64,000 nt of DNA from the human T2T-CHM13v2.0 reference genome, Homo sapiens. This document shows, one piece after another, positions 40,895 to 56,595 of the stretch. Under the pieces are notes generated by a model. That model saw only the letters and a list, made by a program, of their open reading frames with translations. It did no database searches and was not told where the DNA came from. The position numbers were made by a program, and so were the translations under genes. The first letter of the stretch is position 1. Each line of letters begins with the position of its first letter. The stretch is from assembly GCF_009914755.1 (NCBI RefSeq), contig NC_060937.1, one strand, 5' to 3'.

Positions 40895-41568
40895 ATTTTT
40901 ATTTTTAATTTTTGTGGATACATAGTAAGTATGTATATTTATGGGTTACATGAGATATTTTGATACAGGCATGCAATGCATAATAATCAAATCAGGTAAA
41001 TGGGGTATCCATTATCTCAGACATTTATTCTTTGTGTTATAAACAATCTAGTTATACTCTTTTAGTTATTTTTAAATGTATAATTAAATTATTTTAATTA
41101 TAGTCACCCTGTTATCCTAGTAAATACTAGGTCTTATTTATTCTATTTTTTGTACCCATTAACCATCCCTACTCCCTCTGCTCCCACCCACCACTACCCT
41201 TCCAGCTTCTAATAACCATCCTTGTACTCTTATCTGTATGTGTTCAGTTGTTTTAATTTTTAGCTTCCATAGATAAGTGAGAACATGGGAAGTTTGTCTT
41301 TCTGTGTCTGGCTTACTTCACTTAATATAATGACCTCCAGCTCCATAGCTGTTGTTGCAAATGACAGGGCTCCATTCTTTTTTATGGCTGAATAGTTCTC
41401 CATTGTATAGATGTACCACATTTTCTTTATCCATTCACCTATTGATGGACACTTCGGTTGCTTCCAAATTTTGGCAGTTGTGAATAGTGCTGCAACAAAC
41501 ATGGGAATGCAGAGATCTCTTCAATACACTGATTTCTTTTCTTTTGGGTATGTACTTAGGAGTGGGAT
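40895..41568 (-). mobile_element. L1MA (MA1-3-like) 3' end
   Basis: tttttgtggatacatagtaag ... ttttgatacaggcatgcaatgcataataatca. ORF2 tail MFVAALFTTAKIWKQPKCPS on the minus strand. Confidence 0.85.
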
Positions 41569-42132
41569 ATATGTCTTCTTCTCAACTTGTTTGAGCTTTA
41601 GGTGTCACATCTAAGAAACAATTGCCTAATCCAAGATCATTCACATTTACACCTTTGTTTTCTTCTAAGAGTTATATATTTTTAGCTCTTACATTTAGGT
41701 CTAAGATCTATTTTAAATTAGTTTTTGCTAATTTAAAACAAATTATGGTGTGAGGTAGGAGTTCAACTACATGAGATTTTGATAGATGCAGTTGATCAGC
41801 TCAGGGTGTCCACACACTGTGAGGAATGAACTGTAGGAACTGTCCCTGGAGGAAGAATAAGATTGCATTCCCCGAGGATTTGATGCTGAAAGAGCATTTT
41901 GTCCTAACAGTTTAATGAGAAAATTGTAGAGAGATTCGGTTCATGTATTGAACTGGACCCAGCTGGATTCTGTAATCATGCGGAATATATAACCTTGCAA
42001 TTTTTCAGTCATATATATACCTTTTATTTTACTCTAATGAAGGGATCTTACCTTGCAAATGGTAAGTTGATGATGTGATGATTCAGATATCTACAGAAGA
42101 TGACCACTGTTCAGCAGTGAAGCAAGAGGCTA

Positions 42133-42678
<546 letters not shown>

Positions 42679-43029
42679 CTACTTCATACCCTTCAACTAA
42701 CAGTTATTAATCTCTGTTCTCTATGGTCTCTTACATTTCTGCATGTCTTCTAAACAGAGGTATTGACAGTGCCACCCACTAACTGCCAGCCTTGCCTCAG
42801 TCCAAAATATCCTCATAAATGTTGATCCCCAGTGGAGTAGTGCTGCCCCTCTTTGGAGACACTTGTTTTGATGTTTATTTTTTCATGATACTAAGCCTTC
42901 TTTGTATCTCTATCATGTAACGTGGTCCTAGGGTATAATTATTACTCAGCATGTTTGCTGATTTTACATCTGTGCTTCCTTTTCTTTCAGTTATGTTGCA
43001 GTCGGAAAAAGAAGACTTAATTGTGTCCA

Positions 43030-44370
43030 TTGAAAATGTTGACATTTTTCATGGAACTTAACAAGCTGATTCTGGAACTTATATGCAAAAGTAAAGGGCC
43101 AAAGATAGTTAGGACAATTTTTAAAGTAAAAGTTCAAGGTTGTGATATTTGTCTTATACAGGTTTAGTATACCAGGACTGATCTTACATTGTAGTGAATA
43201 AATGCAGTATGGCATTGGCACGGTGATAGACAAATAGACCAATGAAACGGAATAGAGAACTCAGAAATGGAGCCTCACGTGGCAGACAGTGGATATTTGT
43301 TCATCACACCACTCCCTTTTCCCCTGGACATAAACTAAAGTACATTTCCCAGCCTCCCTTGATGGCTTTTGTGACTGAGTTCCAGCCAGTAGACTGAAGG
43401 CAGGAGTGATACACGCCACTTCCAGGCATGGCCCATGAAATTTTCCTGTGAACGGTTCACTTTCCTCTGTCTACCAGCTGACTGTTAAGTTCTCAAGAGA
43501 TCTAGAGTAGGGCAAAAGCTCAAGATGAAGAGAGCTTTGGTCCCTGAATTCATCCAAGGAGAGCATGCAAGGCAGCAGCCCATCCAGAGCACCTGCAAAA
43601 GATGATTCATGATCACAAATTAAACTTTTGCTATGTTAAGTACTGAAATTTTGGGGTTGTTTATGGGTCTGCCCCAATAAATCATGTTTGAATGGAAACT
43701 TGGCATATAACAGCTGGCTTGGCAGATAATGCAAGGAACTTAGACTATTTAATATACAGGCCTGGGACAGCGGGCTGCTATATAGAAAACAACACCAACA
43801 AATTCAGTCTCTTCCCCATGTAACATTCTAGGTGGATTGATGATGTAAATGTGAAAACAGAACTTTAAAATTTTTCAAACAGTACATAGGAGAACATCTT
43901 TATGATTTCAGGAGAGAGATTGAAAGTCTAAGACAGGCAAAGTACAAATCAGGAGGGTTGCATTAAAATGAGAAAGTTCTCAATAAAGGCACCATAAGTG
44001 TGAAGACAAGCCAAAGACTGGGAGAGTATTTGAAATATATCAGTATCCAATATACTGATACCCAATACAGAATCCAATAAAGAATGTGTCCAGATTATTT
44101 AAAGAAGTAAGGCTAACCACCTCAATTATGGGCAAAAGTTATGAATGGGCATCTTATGGAAGAGAAAAACTTGAGTAGCCAATAACTATGTGAAAAAAAT
44201 CTCAGCCTCGCCACCTGTCAGAAAGGTATAAATTAAAACCAGTTAATAAAATTAAAACAGTTGCCAAAATTAAAATCCAGTGATGCTACATTTACTATCT
44301 CTGGTTAATGTGAATCGCAACAAGCAATTTGGAAAGCAATTTTGAATATCCAGGAAACTGAGCAAACTTC
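43030..44370 (+). mobile_element. Ancient L1 (L1ME/L1M) ORF2 remnant split by an LTR
   Basis: aacaagctgattctggaactt ... gatagacaaatagaccaatgaaacggaatagagaactcagaaat ... caagcaatttggaaagcaatt. Confidence 0.7.
43279..43683 (+). mobile_element. MLT1H/I-like old LTR
   Basis: tacatttcccagcctccctt ... gtgactgagttccagcca ... ccacttccaggc ... ttaagtactgaaatttttggggttgttt. Confidence 0.7.
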
Positions 44371-44689
44371 CCTGTGTCACAGCAGTTTTTCACTGTCAGT
44401 GGAATTGATGATGTTTCATACTTCTTAAGCTTGATGGTCAATTGTGTTATCCTCACCTTTTTGTATGTCTGAAATCGTTTATCATATATTTTTAAGACAA
44501 TCATACTCTCACTCTTCTCTTTAGTCTTTCATCCTACAGGTATTATCAGATTTACCTCAATCCTTTCCTTTCTTCTCACGTCGAGCAGCCCATCTGATAT
44601 TAATCCTTGAATACTTTCCAAATGGTTTTCCCATGAAAAACTGACTTGTTGTAATAACTTAGCCCTAGAACTTAAAATTAGCATGTACA

Positions 44690-44940
44690 TTAATAACTAA
44701 CACATAGAGCATACTATATATCAGATACTAAGTATTTTTTCATAGCAACTCTTACATTAACTTTTTAAAAAATTTCCTGGCTTTAGCTCCTTTAATTCTC
44801 ACAACAGCTCTGTGAGGTAGATTATCACTATCCCCGCTTATGAATGAAGAAACTATGATGCAAGAGAGGTGGTAGGTAGAGGAGGTGGTATTCAAACCCT
44901 AGCCATCTTGCTCCCAGATCTGCACCATTAACCACCTTGC
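44690..44940 (-). mobile_element. MIR
   Basis: tttaattctcacaacagctctgtgaggtagattatc ... gaatgaagaaact ... attcaaaccctag. Confidence 0.75.
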
Positions 44941-47058
44941 TGATGTTTCTTCTGTGCTGTGGTCAAGTGGAAGGGTAGGTAAATTTCCTGGGTTGTTCAG
45001 GCTGGAGTCGGTTCAGATTGGTTGGGAATGAAAAGACTGAATTAGCCATGTGAACCATTTCCACTGGCTGAATTCTCCAGAACATTTTTCTGGCTCACAC
45101 AAGCAGTTTATTTCCAGTTGTTTTCTTCCTCTTACCAAGCAATGGTTTAATGTTGTCAGCATTATTGTGAAGTACTGGGAGCATTTATAGAATTGAACAG
45201 CCATTTCCAAATTCAGAGTATTTTTCATTTACTGAATAATGCATCTTTAATTACCAGCCAACTTAAGCCAGTTTTCAAAGAGTGGAACTGTTTATTGCCA
45301 GCTGTCTCCCATAATAATAGATAAGAATAGTGTTTTATATTATTTTATTTTTTGGTAATTCAAGCCCTCCCTCAGAGGGAAGTACATAGTTCCCTGATAC
45401 TTGTACTTCAAACAGATGAATTACTTCCCAGCCTGGAGAGCAGCCAAATCTCTAAATTGACGTGTTCACAGAATAATAAATTTCATGTAAGAGAATGATG
45501 CCAGATGCAAGAGGATTTGATACAAGTGCATTTGAACTCTACAGATGATACAAAATATTTCTCTTCTTAAGAAATTTTCATAAATTGTTAAATAAAAGAC
45601 TGTGAGAGATTTTGCGCTCAATTCAGCTTCTGCTACACATTTCAGTGAACAGATTATTCTGGCAGTATGTCAGCAGGAGGCTAGACATTAGATAATTACT
45701 TGTGAAATATTTCTAGTGGTTGAGCCATGCCCCATGTGAAAATATCATTCAATTCCTGAGAGAGTCTCTGAGTTCTAGCACTGGACTGGTGCATCCACTG
45801 GATAATTCAGAAGCTGAGGCTCACTGTTTTTGCAAGTTCATGGTGTTGCTTTTCCTGGTTAGGTTTGCATCAAACATATTTTTTATCTGCATTATTTTTT
45901 ATCTGACACCCAGGATACAGTGCAGATCCTTTCAATGGAGTTTCAATGCATTTATTTTCTTTGCATAGATCAAATATATTCTGTTAGTCCTATGCAGAAC
46001 TATTTTAAAAACCTTGCACAGCACTTTAAAAGAACTATAGGGCATAGGTCCTGTTTTAAGAAATGGTGCATTCTTTGATTTCTTCCTAAATATGCTTTTC
46101 TTTAGAAACAACAGAAATCTCCACAATTTTAAACAGAATTTCAGGTGTTAAGAGAAAGAAAAAGAATAATCTCTTACTCTAAATGGTTGAATAAAATGCC
46201 TGGATGTTAGGAACACTAAAGCCATTTTAATAATATTATCATTTTTATGCAGGCCTTATCTAAATACAATGTTTAGACTAACCTTTGAAAAGGATGAAAA
46301 CAAAAAATTTAATCCTTTACTAAAATATTGTATACTTCTTCCAGCTGTCATGGCTTATTTTTCATGGTAGATGGTCATATTCCTACCACTGGACTGTTTT
46401 ATTCCAAACAAGTGGTAATCTCCGTGCATTCAGGCTCTCTGAATTAATAGATTAGCCTCACAGCTGTACTCAGAAGTATATTAGAAAGACTTACCCTTTA
46501 ACAGAGAATAGATAGTGATGTCATTGTCTTTAAGAGATTGAAAATGTATTAACCACAAGGTTTAGAAAGATATAGAAGAAAAGTTTAGGCCAAACAACTT
46601 TGCGTATTTAAATTTGACACAAACACAATCCCAGTATGCCATATCTTCAGAGTCTCAGAGCAGTGGATTATAAACAAAGAGGCTCTTTCTAAATTGACTA
46701 GTAAACTGCAATTATCAATAAATGTCTTCTACCTTGGAAGTAATTCAGGGTCCTCACAGTTTGGTGAGGCCTCAGCTTTTCAAACAGAAAGCCTGCTTGA
46801 GTTTCAGAGAGATTCTCTCGTCCCCATGCTCTCTACCCCTCTACCTTCATCCCAAGCCTCCTCTTCTGGAGGTGAAATGAGCGAGATTTCAGGGATCTCT
46901 GAATAAAATTCCTGGGCTCATGGTACATGTGTATATTCCTATTCTCACTTCTCCTGGGTCACTCACGCTGTATTTCAAAAATAAAAGGCTCTTCATTCTG
47001 AGTTATCAAATAAGTGTTTATTATATACACATACATTTGCACATACACATAAGCGAAC

Positions 47059-47086
47059 TGTGTGTGTGTGTGCATGTATGTATGTA

Positions 47087-47122
<36 letters not shown>
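47059..47122 (+). repeat. Compound (TG)n/(TATG)n microsatellite; (TG)16 at 47091-47122
   Basis: Read directly from the sequence. Confidence 0.97.
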
Positions 47123-47123
<1 letters not shown>

Positions 47124-47376
47124 ATGCAGGCTGCTCCTGGCTTTTGTGGAGCCCCGTTTAGTGCACGGGATTTGTGTGACAGATATTTATGCAGTGACTA
47201 AAGGGAGTTCTTTTCCACATAGGGTTCCAGAAAAATACTTTTCAAGGTCACTCACTAAGAATCAGGTCAAGTTCTAAAGCAGATGACGGCAGTAGGATTG
47301 GTTGGCAAGTGCAAATGGTGAGGGCTCCATCCATTTTTCATGAAGTTATAATTAACACGCTGTCTGCCTCCCACAG

Positions 47377-47538
47377 GTTCAACCTTTGGGAATGAAGAAC
47401 AGCCAGTTCTGAAGGCATCTCTGCCTTCTAAGGACACACCCAAGGGGGCCGGCCGGGTGGCCCCTCCAGCATCCTCCAGTGTGACAGCACCCCGCAGGAG
47501 TTTACTTCCAGCGCCAAAATCCACTTCCACACCCGCTG
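47377..47538 (+). CDS. MTUS2: Internal coding exon of MTUS2 (TIP150/CAZIP), 162 nt, phase 1-1
   Basis: Branch-like TTAAC at 47352-47356, acceptor tgtctgcctcccacag|G and donor CTG|gtaaga. Open frame (G)[53 protein letters not shown](G) matches MTUS2 as recalled. Locally CpG-rich compared with the flanks. SLLP codons at 47499-47510. Confidence 0.92.
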
Positions 47539-48449
47539 GTAAGACTTTGTGCCTTGGAGAGGCTCCATGGTGGAGTGCCCTTTCTGCATTAATAAAAAGT
47601 CTTTTGAAAGCCCCTGTGTACATCAGTTATTTAGAAGGGATGATTGATTAAATGATAGTTAGTAACAATAATACCACTGCTTTTAAGGCACTTTCATATA
47701 TTCATGTTTAAATTCTCGTAACTGCCTCTCACTCTTCCCATGACTGGTAACCCTTTGAATCACACAGTTTCCGTTTCAGAAAGCAAGAACCAAGCTATTT
47801 TAAGCAAACTGGCATTTGGCTCAGGGAAGTGGGTGCTGACGATATCATCGCAAGGACTGTAGGATAGCAAGCTTCAGGCTGCGCCTCCAGGAATGAGCCC
47901 CAGAACCCCAGAGAGAAGTGCTGCCTCTGCAGCAGTCCAGGAGTGCCATGCTCCTGCTGGCTCTAGGCTCACATCTCCAAAGCTAGGATCCAGGGATGGA
48001 TCCACTACTCCCATGGTAGGGTTGGCTCTAGAGCCACACTGGGCCTGCCAGATTCAGTCCAGCAAAACTGATCCCTGTGCCCCACCTGTGCATACCCACA
48101 AAGCTAGTGACTGGACATGCAGAATTCAGCTGATTCAAAGGTGTAACTAGCACAGGTGCTTGTCAGCAGAAAGTGCCGAGGCAGCATCAGTGTGGCCCCT
48201 GCTATGCTTCTCCTCCCATCCCTCCCACAAGTGCATCTATTTGCCTGCAGGGATGTTTGTGTATCTTGTTCCTAGCTTTTCTTTTTCTACATTATAGAAG
48301 GCAAATTTATCAGGATGGTAGAATGAATGTTGAGCCCTAATTCACCATAGATGGCTCATCCATACCAGTGTTTATTCCTCCATATTTTTTCTATGCTTGT
48401 ATCAATGTATCATCATATCAATGTATATATATATGTAAACATACGGGTT

Positions 48450-48900
48450 TTATAGGTATTTTTAAATGAGACTGCATTATATCAATTTTTCTACATGTTG
48501 CTTTCCTTACTCAATGTAGGTCATAGAAATACCCTTGGCAATGGTAGGGCTCATTCTTTTCAGTGGCTGCATGCTGTGGATATGCCATGATTTATTCAAT
48601 CATTCCTTCACTAGTGGGTATTCATTTTGCAACCAGTATTTGCCACAACAAACAATGCTGCAATAAACAGCCTTGAGTGGGTGGCATTGTTTCTATGGGA
48701 TTAGTTCCCTGGAGTGGTGTTGCTTTGTTTGATGCATTAATAGATATGGATAGATTGCCTTTCAGAGAGGCTCCACCCATATCCCTGCTAGGAATAGGTG
48801 TTATCCCTTTCTAGAATTTTGGTCTGCTTGATGGGAGTGAAGTATTATCCCAAAGTTCTTTTACTTTGCATCTCCCTGACCACTAGACTAGCTGGAACCT
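48450..48900 (-). mobile_element. Ancient L1ME fragment, followed by an L2 3' end (about 48970-49110)
   Basis: ctcattctttttcagtggctgc ... aacaatgctgcaataaac ... ttactttgcatctccctgac. Confidence 0.6.
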
Positions 48901-49231
48901 CTTGCTCTAGCAGCACCTTGCAGTTCCCTTTGTTAAGACTTAAATTGGCTCATTTAATTTTGTTCTTCCTCAGGGGAAGGTAAGCTTCTGGGGGTGGTGA
49001 CTGTGTCTGTTTTAACACAGCATCCTCATTGCCTGCCACAGTGACTGACTCACAGTAGGTATTTAACATCTATGGGTTAATTATTGAATCAACAAATGAA
49101 TGAATGGATATCACATGGCATTTGAATCTTTCAGCTACAATTTATTAACAGTTTGGCCTTGGTTTAATTAGAAAATAATTAGACAGCCCTATGGTATGTT
49201 AAAACACGGTGGTTGAATCAACCCTATAGCC

Positions 49232-49412
49232 CAGTGTTTCTCAAGCTTTAGTGTATCAGTGTCACCTACAGGGCTTGTAAAAACACACATTACTGGACGC
49301 TATCCCCAGAGTTATTGGTTCAGTAGGTTTGGTTTGGGGCTCGAGAATTTGCATTTCTAACAAATTCCCAAGTGGTGCCTCTAGACTAGGGATTACACTT
49401 TGTGAGCCACTT
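49232..49412. mobile_element. MER5A hAT-Charlie MITE
   Basis: cagtgtttctcaagcttt ... gagaatttgcatttctaacaaattccca ... cacactttgtgagccact. Confidence 0.85.
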
Positions 49413-49414
49413 GT

Positions 49415-52150
<2,736 letters not shown>

Positions 52151-52304
52151 GCATGGTAAAATGTGTAGAGAGAGTGGCTGTTTTCATGGAAGTGAAGTTA
52201 AATGGAAATAAGGTATTTCAAATGTTGAGAAGAGGAAAGGCAGGTAGTGTGACCATAAGTTTCATTGCTTTTCCAAGTGTTTCTGCTACATGAGGGATTT
52301 CTGA

Positions 52305-52650
<346 letters not shown>

Positions 52651-53439
52651 AAGCCATGCACTCTTGATAACAATTTTCTTCCACTTTGTATTACTTTATA
52701 AAACACTAATATACAGAATCTAATTTGGTTCTCACAAAGACCCTAAGAGGTAGGCAGGGAAATTATTACAGATGCAGCAAGTGAAACGAGTTGTCCAAGG
52801 TCACACAATGGCATCCAGAAATAAATGGATGTTGTATATGTTCCCAGTCCTTTTCTTATAATAATAGTATAAATATCCAGCTAAGGACTATCAGAATTCC
52901 ATCTGTGGGCTGCAATTTGTCCATTACCAATAGATTGCATGTGTGTGAAGGGGGATGGTGTGAAGCAGGGCGATGCCCAGGGCTTTGTGCTTCAGGCCAG
53001 GCTCTCTTTGAGATTACCCGGTTAGGAGTTCCAGTGGGGATGCCTTAACCTCTGTGTGGTCCTTCCCTATTCTCGCTCGTGGTGGAGCACACCCCACACT
53101 ATTTGCGTTTTCCATAAAAGAATGCATTTTTGAGAAGTGTGCTCCTTTCCCTAAAAGCTGACATCACTCTGTATGTGTGTGGTGTGTGTGTGTAAACATT
53201 CACCCAGTCCTCCCTCACTGAACACATGTGTGTTACTTTCTCCAGAGGCAAAATTTTAACTCTGTAAACTTGCTTGTCCCTTCTTATGATGAGCTATCCC
53301 TTTCTTTGTTGAAAACTCAAACATTCTTTCAAGCTGCCCTACAGGCATCTGATATTTACTAGACTTGCTTTCCTAGGTATAAATTTTTATGAGTGTAATA
53401 ATTGCTTTTCTTCCTATTCCAGACCAAAGCACATTGAAT

Positions 53440-54250
53440 AGTTTCTCCAGACTTACCAATTCAGTGATGAGGTTAGCGGGTATTATGTTGTGGGATAGGA
53501 TGTTCTGGAGATGTGCAGATGAGTGAGACACGATTCCTGTCCCCACAGGGTTCACAGGCTGATGGCGGAGAAGCACAGAGAAACAATTATTAAAACGTTG
53601 ACCGATGTTTAAATGAGCTGCTATACAGCCTGACGTGTCAGTCCTGGTCAGGAGGCTGCAGGCTCTCTCACTTATACAACTGAATGGCTAATACTGCCCT
53701 TAGTGACTAGACTGAAGGCAAAAGGAGGACAAGTGTAGAGGAAAGACAGTAAATCTAGCTTTAGATGAGATGAGTTTGAGGTGCCTGGGAAACCTCCATC
53801 TAGCAATGTCCAGTAGACAGCTGGAATAAGCCAAGAGCTCTAAGGAAAGTTTTAAGTTGGAGATTTCCATGTGGAATTCATGGGCTTATCCTTGTGGCTC
53901 TGGGAATGGAGGCAATGGGGATGTGAGTTTGCTTGGGAGGACATGGAAAGTGCAAAGGTAACTGCGATTGCCACCTTGCTAATACCAAAATGGGAGCAGC
54001 AGATGAAGAAGGCTCATCTGGAGAAAGAAGAGCTTTCAGAGCACAGAGCGGGGCAGCAGCTGAGGAAATGGAAGCCATGAGCTCAGACTGTTCTTTGAGG
54101 AATGGAAAGGGGAAGGGAAGGAGAATAGGATGGTAGCTTAAAGGGGAAGTGGGCAAAGGAAATTCTTGCTTTTTAGAATGAGTGACACTTGCCTCTGTGT
54201 ATAGAAATGTCAAGAAAAGGAGGGAGTAAAGGTGAGAAAAGTAAAGAATT
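53440..54250 (-). mobile_element. L2 remnants
   Basis: cctgtccccacagggttcacaggctgatggcggag and gatgagtttgaggtgcctggga ... atgtccagtagacagctgga. Confidence 0.6.
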
Positions 54251-55130
54251 ACTGGAGCCAGGCCTGTTAGGTGGTGGGGGTGGCACTAGGGCAGGAAGCC
54301 AGGCCCTGCAGCATGGGATGAGGGGGCTGATATTGGAAAGGAGCTGCACCACCTTGTCTTTGTCTAAGGCTGGAGGCTCCACTTGACTTGGGAGATGGAT
54401 TCTGGGGGAGTTTTGGCAAAATGGTTAACTCGCATTCTGCCCCTCCACTACCTACTGATTCACTAGTGAGAATGTGAGAACAGCAGGGCACTCCATAATG
54501 CCTGTCCATCATCACAGAGTAGCACCTACACCTGGTCTCAGCATTTCACGTGCTGCATTTTAAGCGGACTCAGAGACTGCAAAACAGCCAAATCTGCTCT
54601 TTGTCCCAGGGTTGTTTTGCAACACTACTTTTTCTGGATTGACTTTGCATATGCAAAAACAAATCTAGCTGGGTTTAAAAAAAAATCCTTTATAAAAAAT
54701 AAATAAGTGTTCTCCTATTTTTGTATAGCAAATTGAAATACCCTTTTTTCCTACCATGTAACTGTAGAAGATTTTGGTTCAGGGGCACTGATGCTCATCA
54801 GAGCTCCAGGACTAAGTAGTAATTGAAGCATGTGATATAAACTGTTTTAGCTTTTACAGATATGTGACTAAACAGCCTTATATCTGTAAAAACAGCAAAG
54901 TTCAAGTATGGACTAATGGATGGGATGGTAAAGATGCCTCACTCCTGCAGAGAGGCTGGGTGGACACCAGTCCAGCTCCGCCTGTCTTAGCCACTGGACT
55001 TGGGACAAATCAACATTAAGGAATCTTTTCATATTTCTCAGTCAGTTAAAAAATGTGTGGGGATAATAGTTCCTACTCCATGGGGTTGTTCTGAGAATTA
55101 ACATAAATGAAAGGACATAGAACAAAGTAG

Positions 55131-55437
<307 letters not shown>

Positions 55438-55972
55438 CAAAGTAGGCATTTCATAAAGGCTATTTGAGTTTTAGAGGGTTAACTGGAATGTGAAGAAATT
55501 TTAGAGGGTTCAGACCCCTTCCAGTCTCTCATAGGCAGAAGATGGGTTTTAATGAAACCTACCATGTACTCTCCAGAATTGGTGTTTATTGATGTTTTTG
55601 CTTTACCCCACCTCCACACCCCACATTCTGCTCTGCCCATGATCAAATTTCTTTTTCCCCTGAATTTCCCCCTCAGAAACCTGCATTCACTAGTGCAGAG
55701 GAAAACCATGTTGCCATGAAGAACTTACCTGTCGTTCTACATATCTTCAATAAAGATGCCTGTACAATTCCAAAGTTAGGGGAGAAAAAGTGAAAACTGA
55801 AAAGCCCCTGTAATACTTTCGGTGCCTTTCTCTAAGGGATTATTTTTCCTGCCTTTGTCTATAAACCCATAATATTTACTTACCAGTTAAAAGGTAGCTC
55901 TTTCCTAGGTCATGTTCCCTTTAAGGTGGGAGTCCTGAAAACAGGCTGCATCTTGGTTTCCCTTTCCTGTAA

Positions 55973-56302
<330 letters not shown>

Positions 56303-56339
56303 AGGAACATCTCTTACACCCCATTCCCTCCCACACAAC

Positions 56340-56595
56340 CTGTTCCCTCTTCCTCTCCTTTCTCTGGTGACACCTGTCTCTCCTTCAGGTCTTGACCTAA
56401 ATGTTGCCTGTTCAGGGCTCTTCCCCTTGTAGCTCTGCTCACGAGTTTAGTTGTCTAATGATGTCTGCAATTGGCTGAAGTCTCTCTGCCCCATATGTGC
56501 AGTCGTGGCTGTTGTACTCATCCCCAAATCCTTAGCACCAACAATGGGCCCAGCACAAAGCAGGCTCTCAACAAATAGCTGCCGAATAAATGAAA
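56340..56595 (+). mobile_element. L2 3' end
   Basis: ccttcaggtcttgacctaaatgttgcc ... ttagcaccaacaatgggcccagcaca ... ctcaacaaatagctgccgaataaatgaa. Confidence 0.7.

Noticed and set aside
42961-42990. Strong + strand acceptor-like tract (similar ones end near 38105 and 44539)
   Set aside because: No good donor or open frame downstream. Decoy acceptors are common in long introns.
44038-44060. 9-bp perfect inverted repeat tatcagtat/atactgata
   Set aside because: Short, AT-rich and inside a decayed L1. Expected by chance or local template switching.
47267-47623. 118-aa antisense ORF overlapping the exon
   Set aside because: Most simply a shadow ORF of a GC-rich coding exon. No recognisable homology.
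47457-47651. ORF-track 64-aa ORF MAPPASSS...
   Set aside because: Starts at an internal GTG of the real exon and runs past the donor at 47538 into intron. Not an independent gene.
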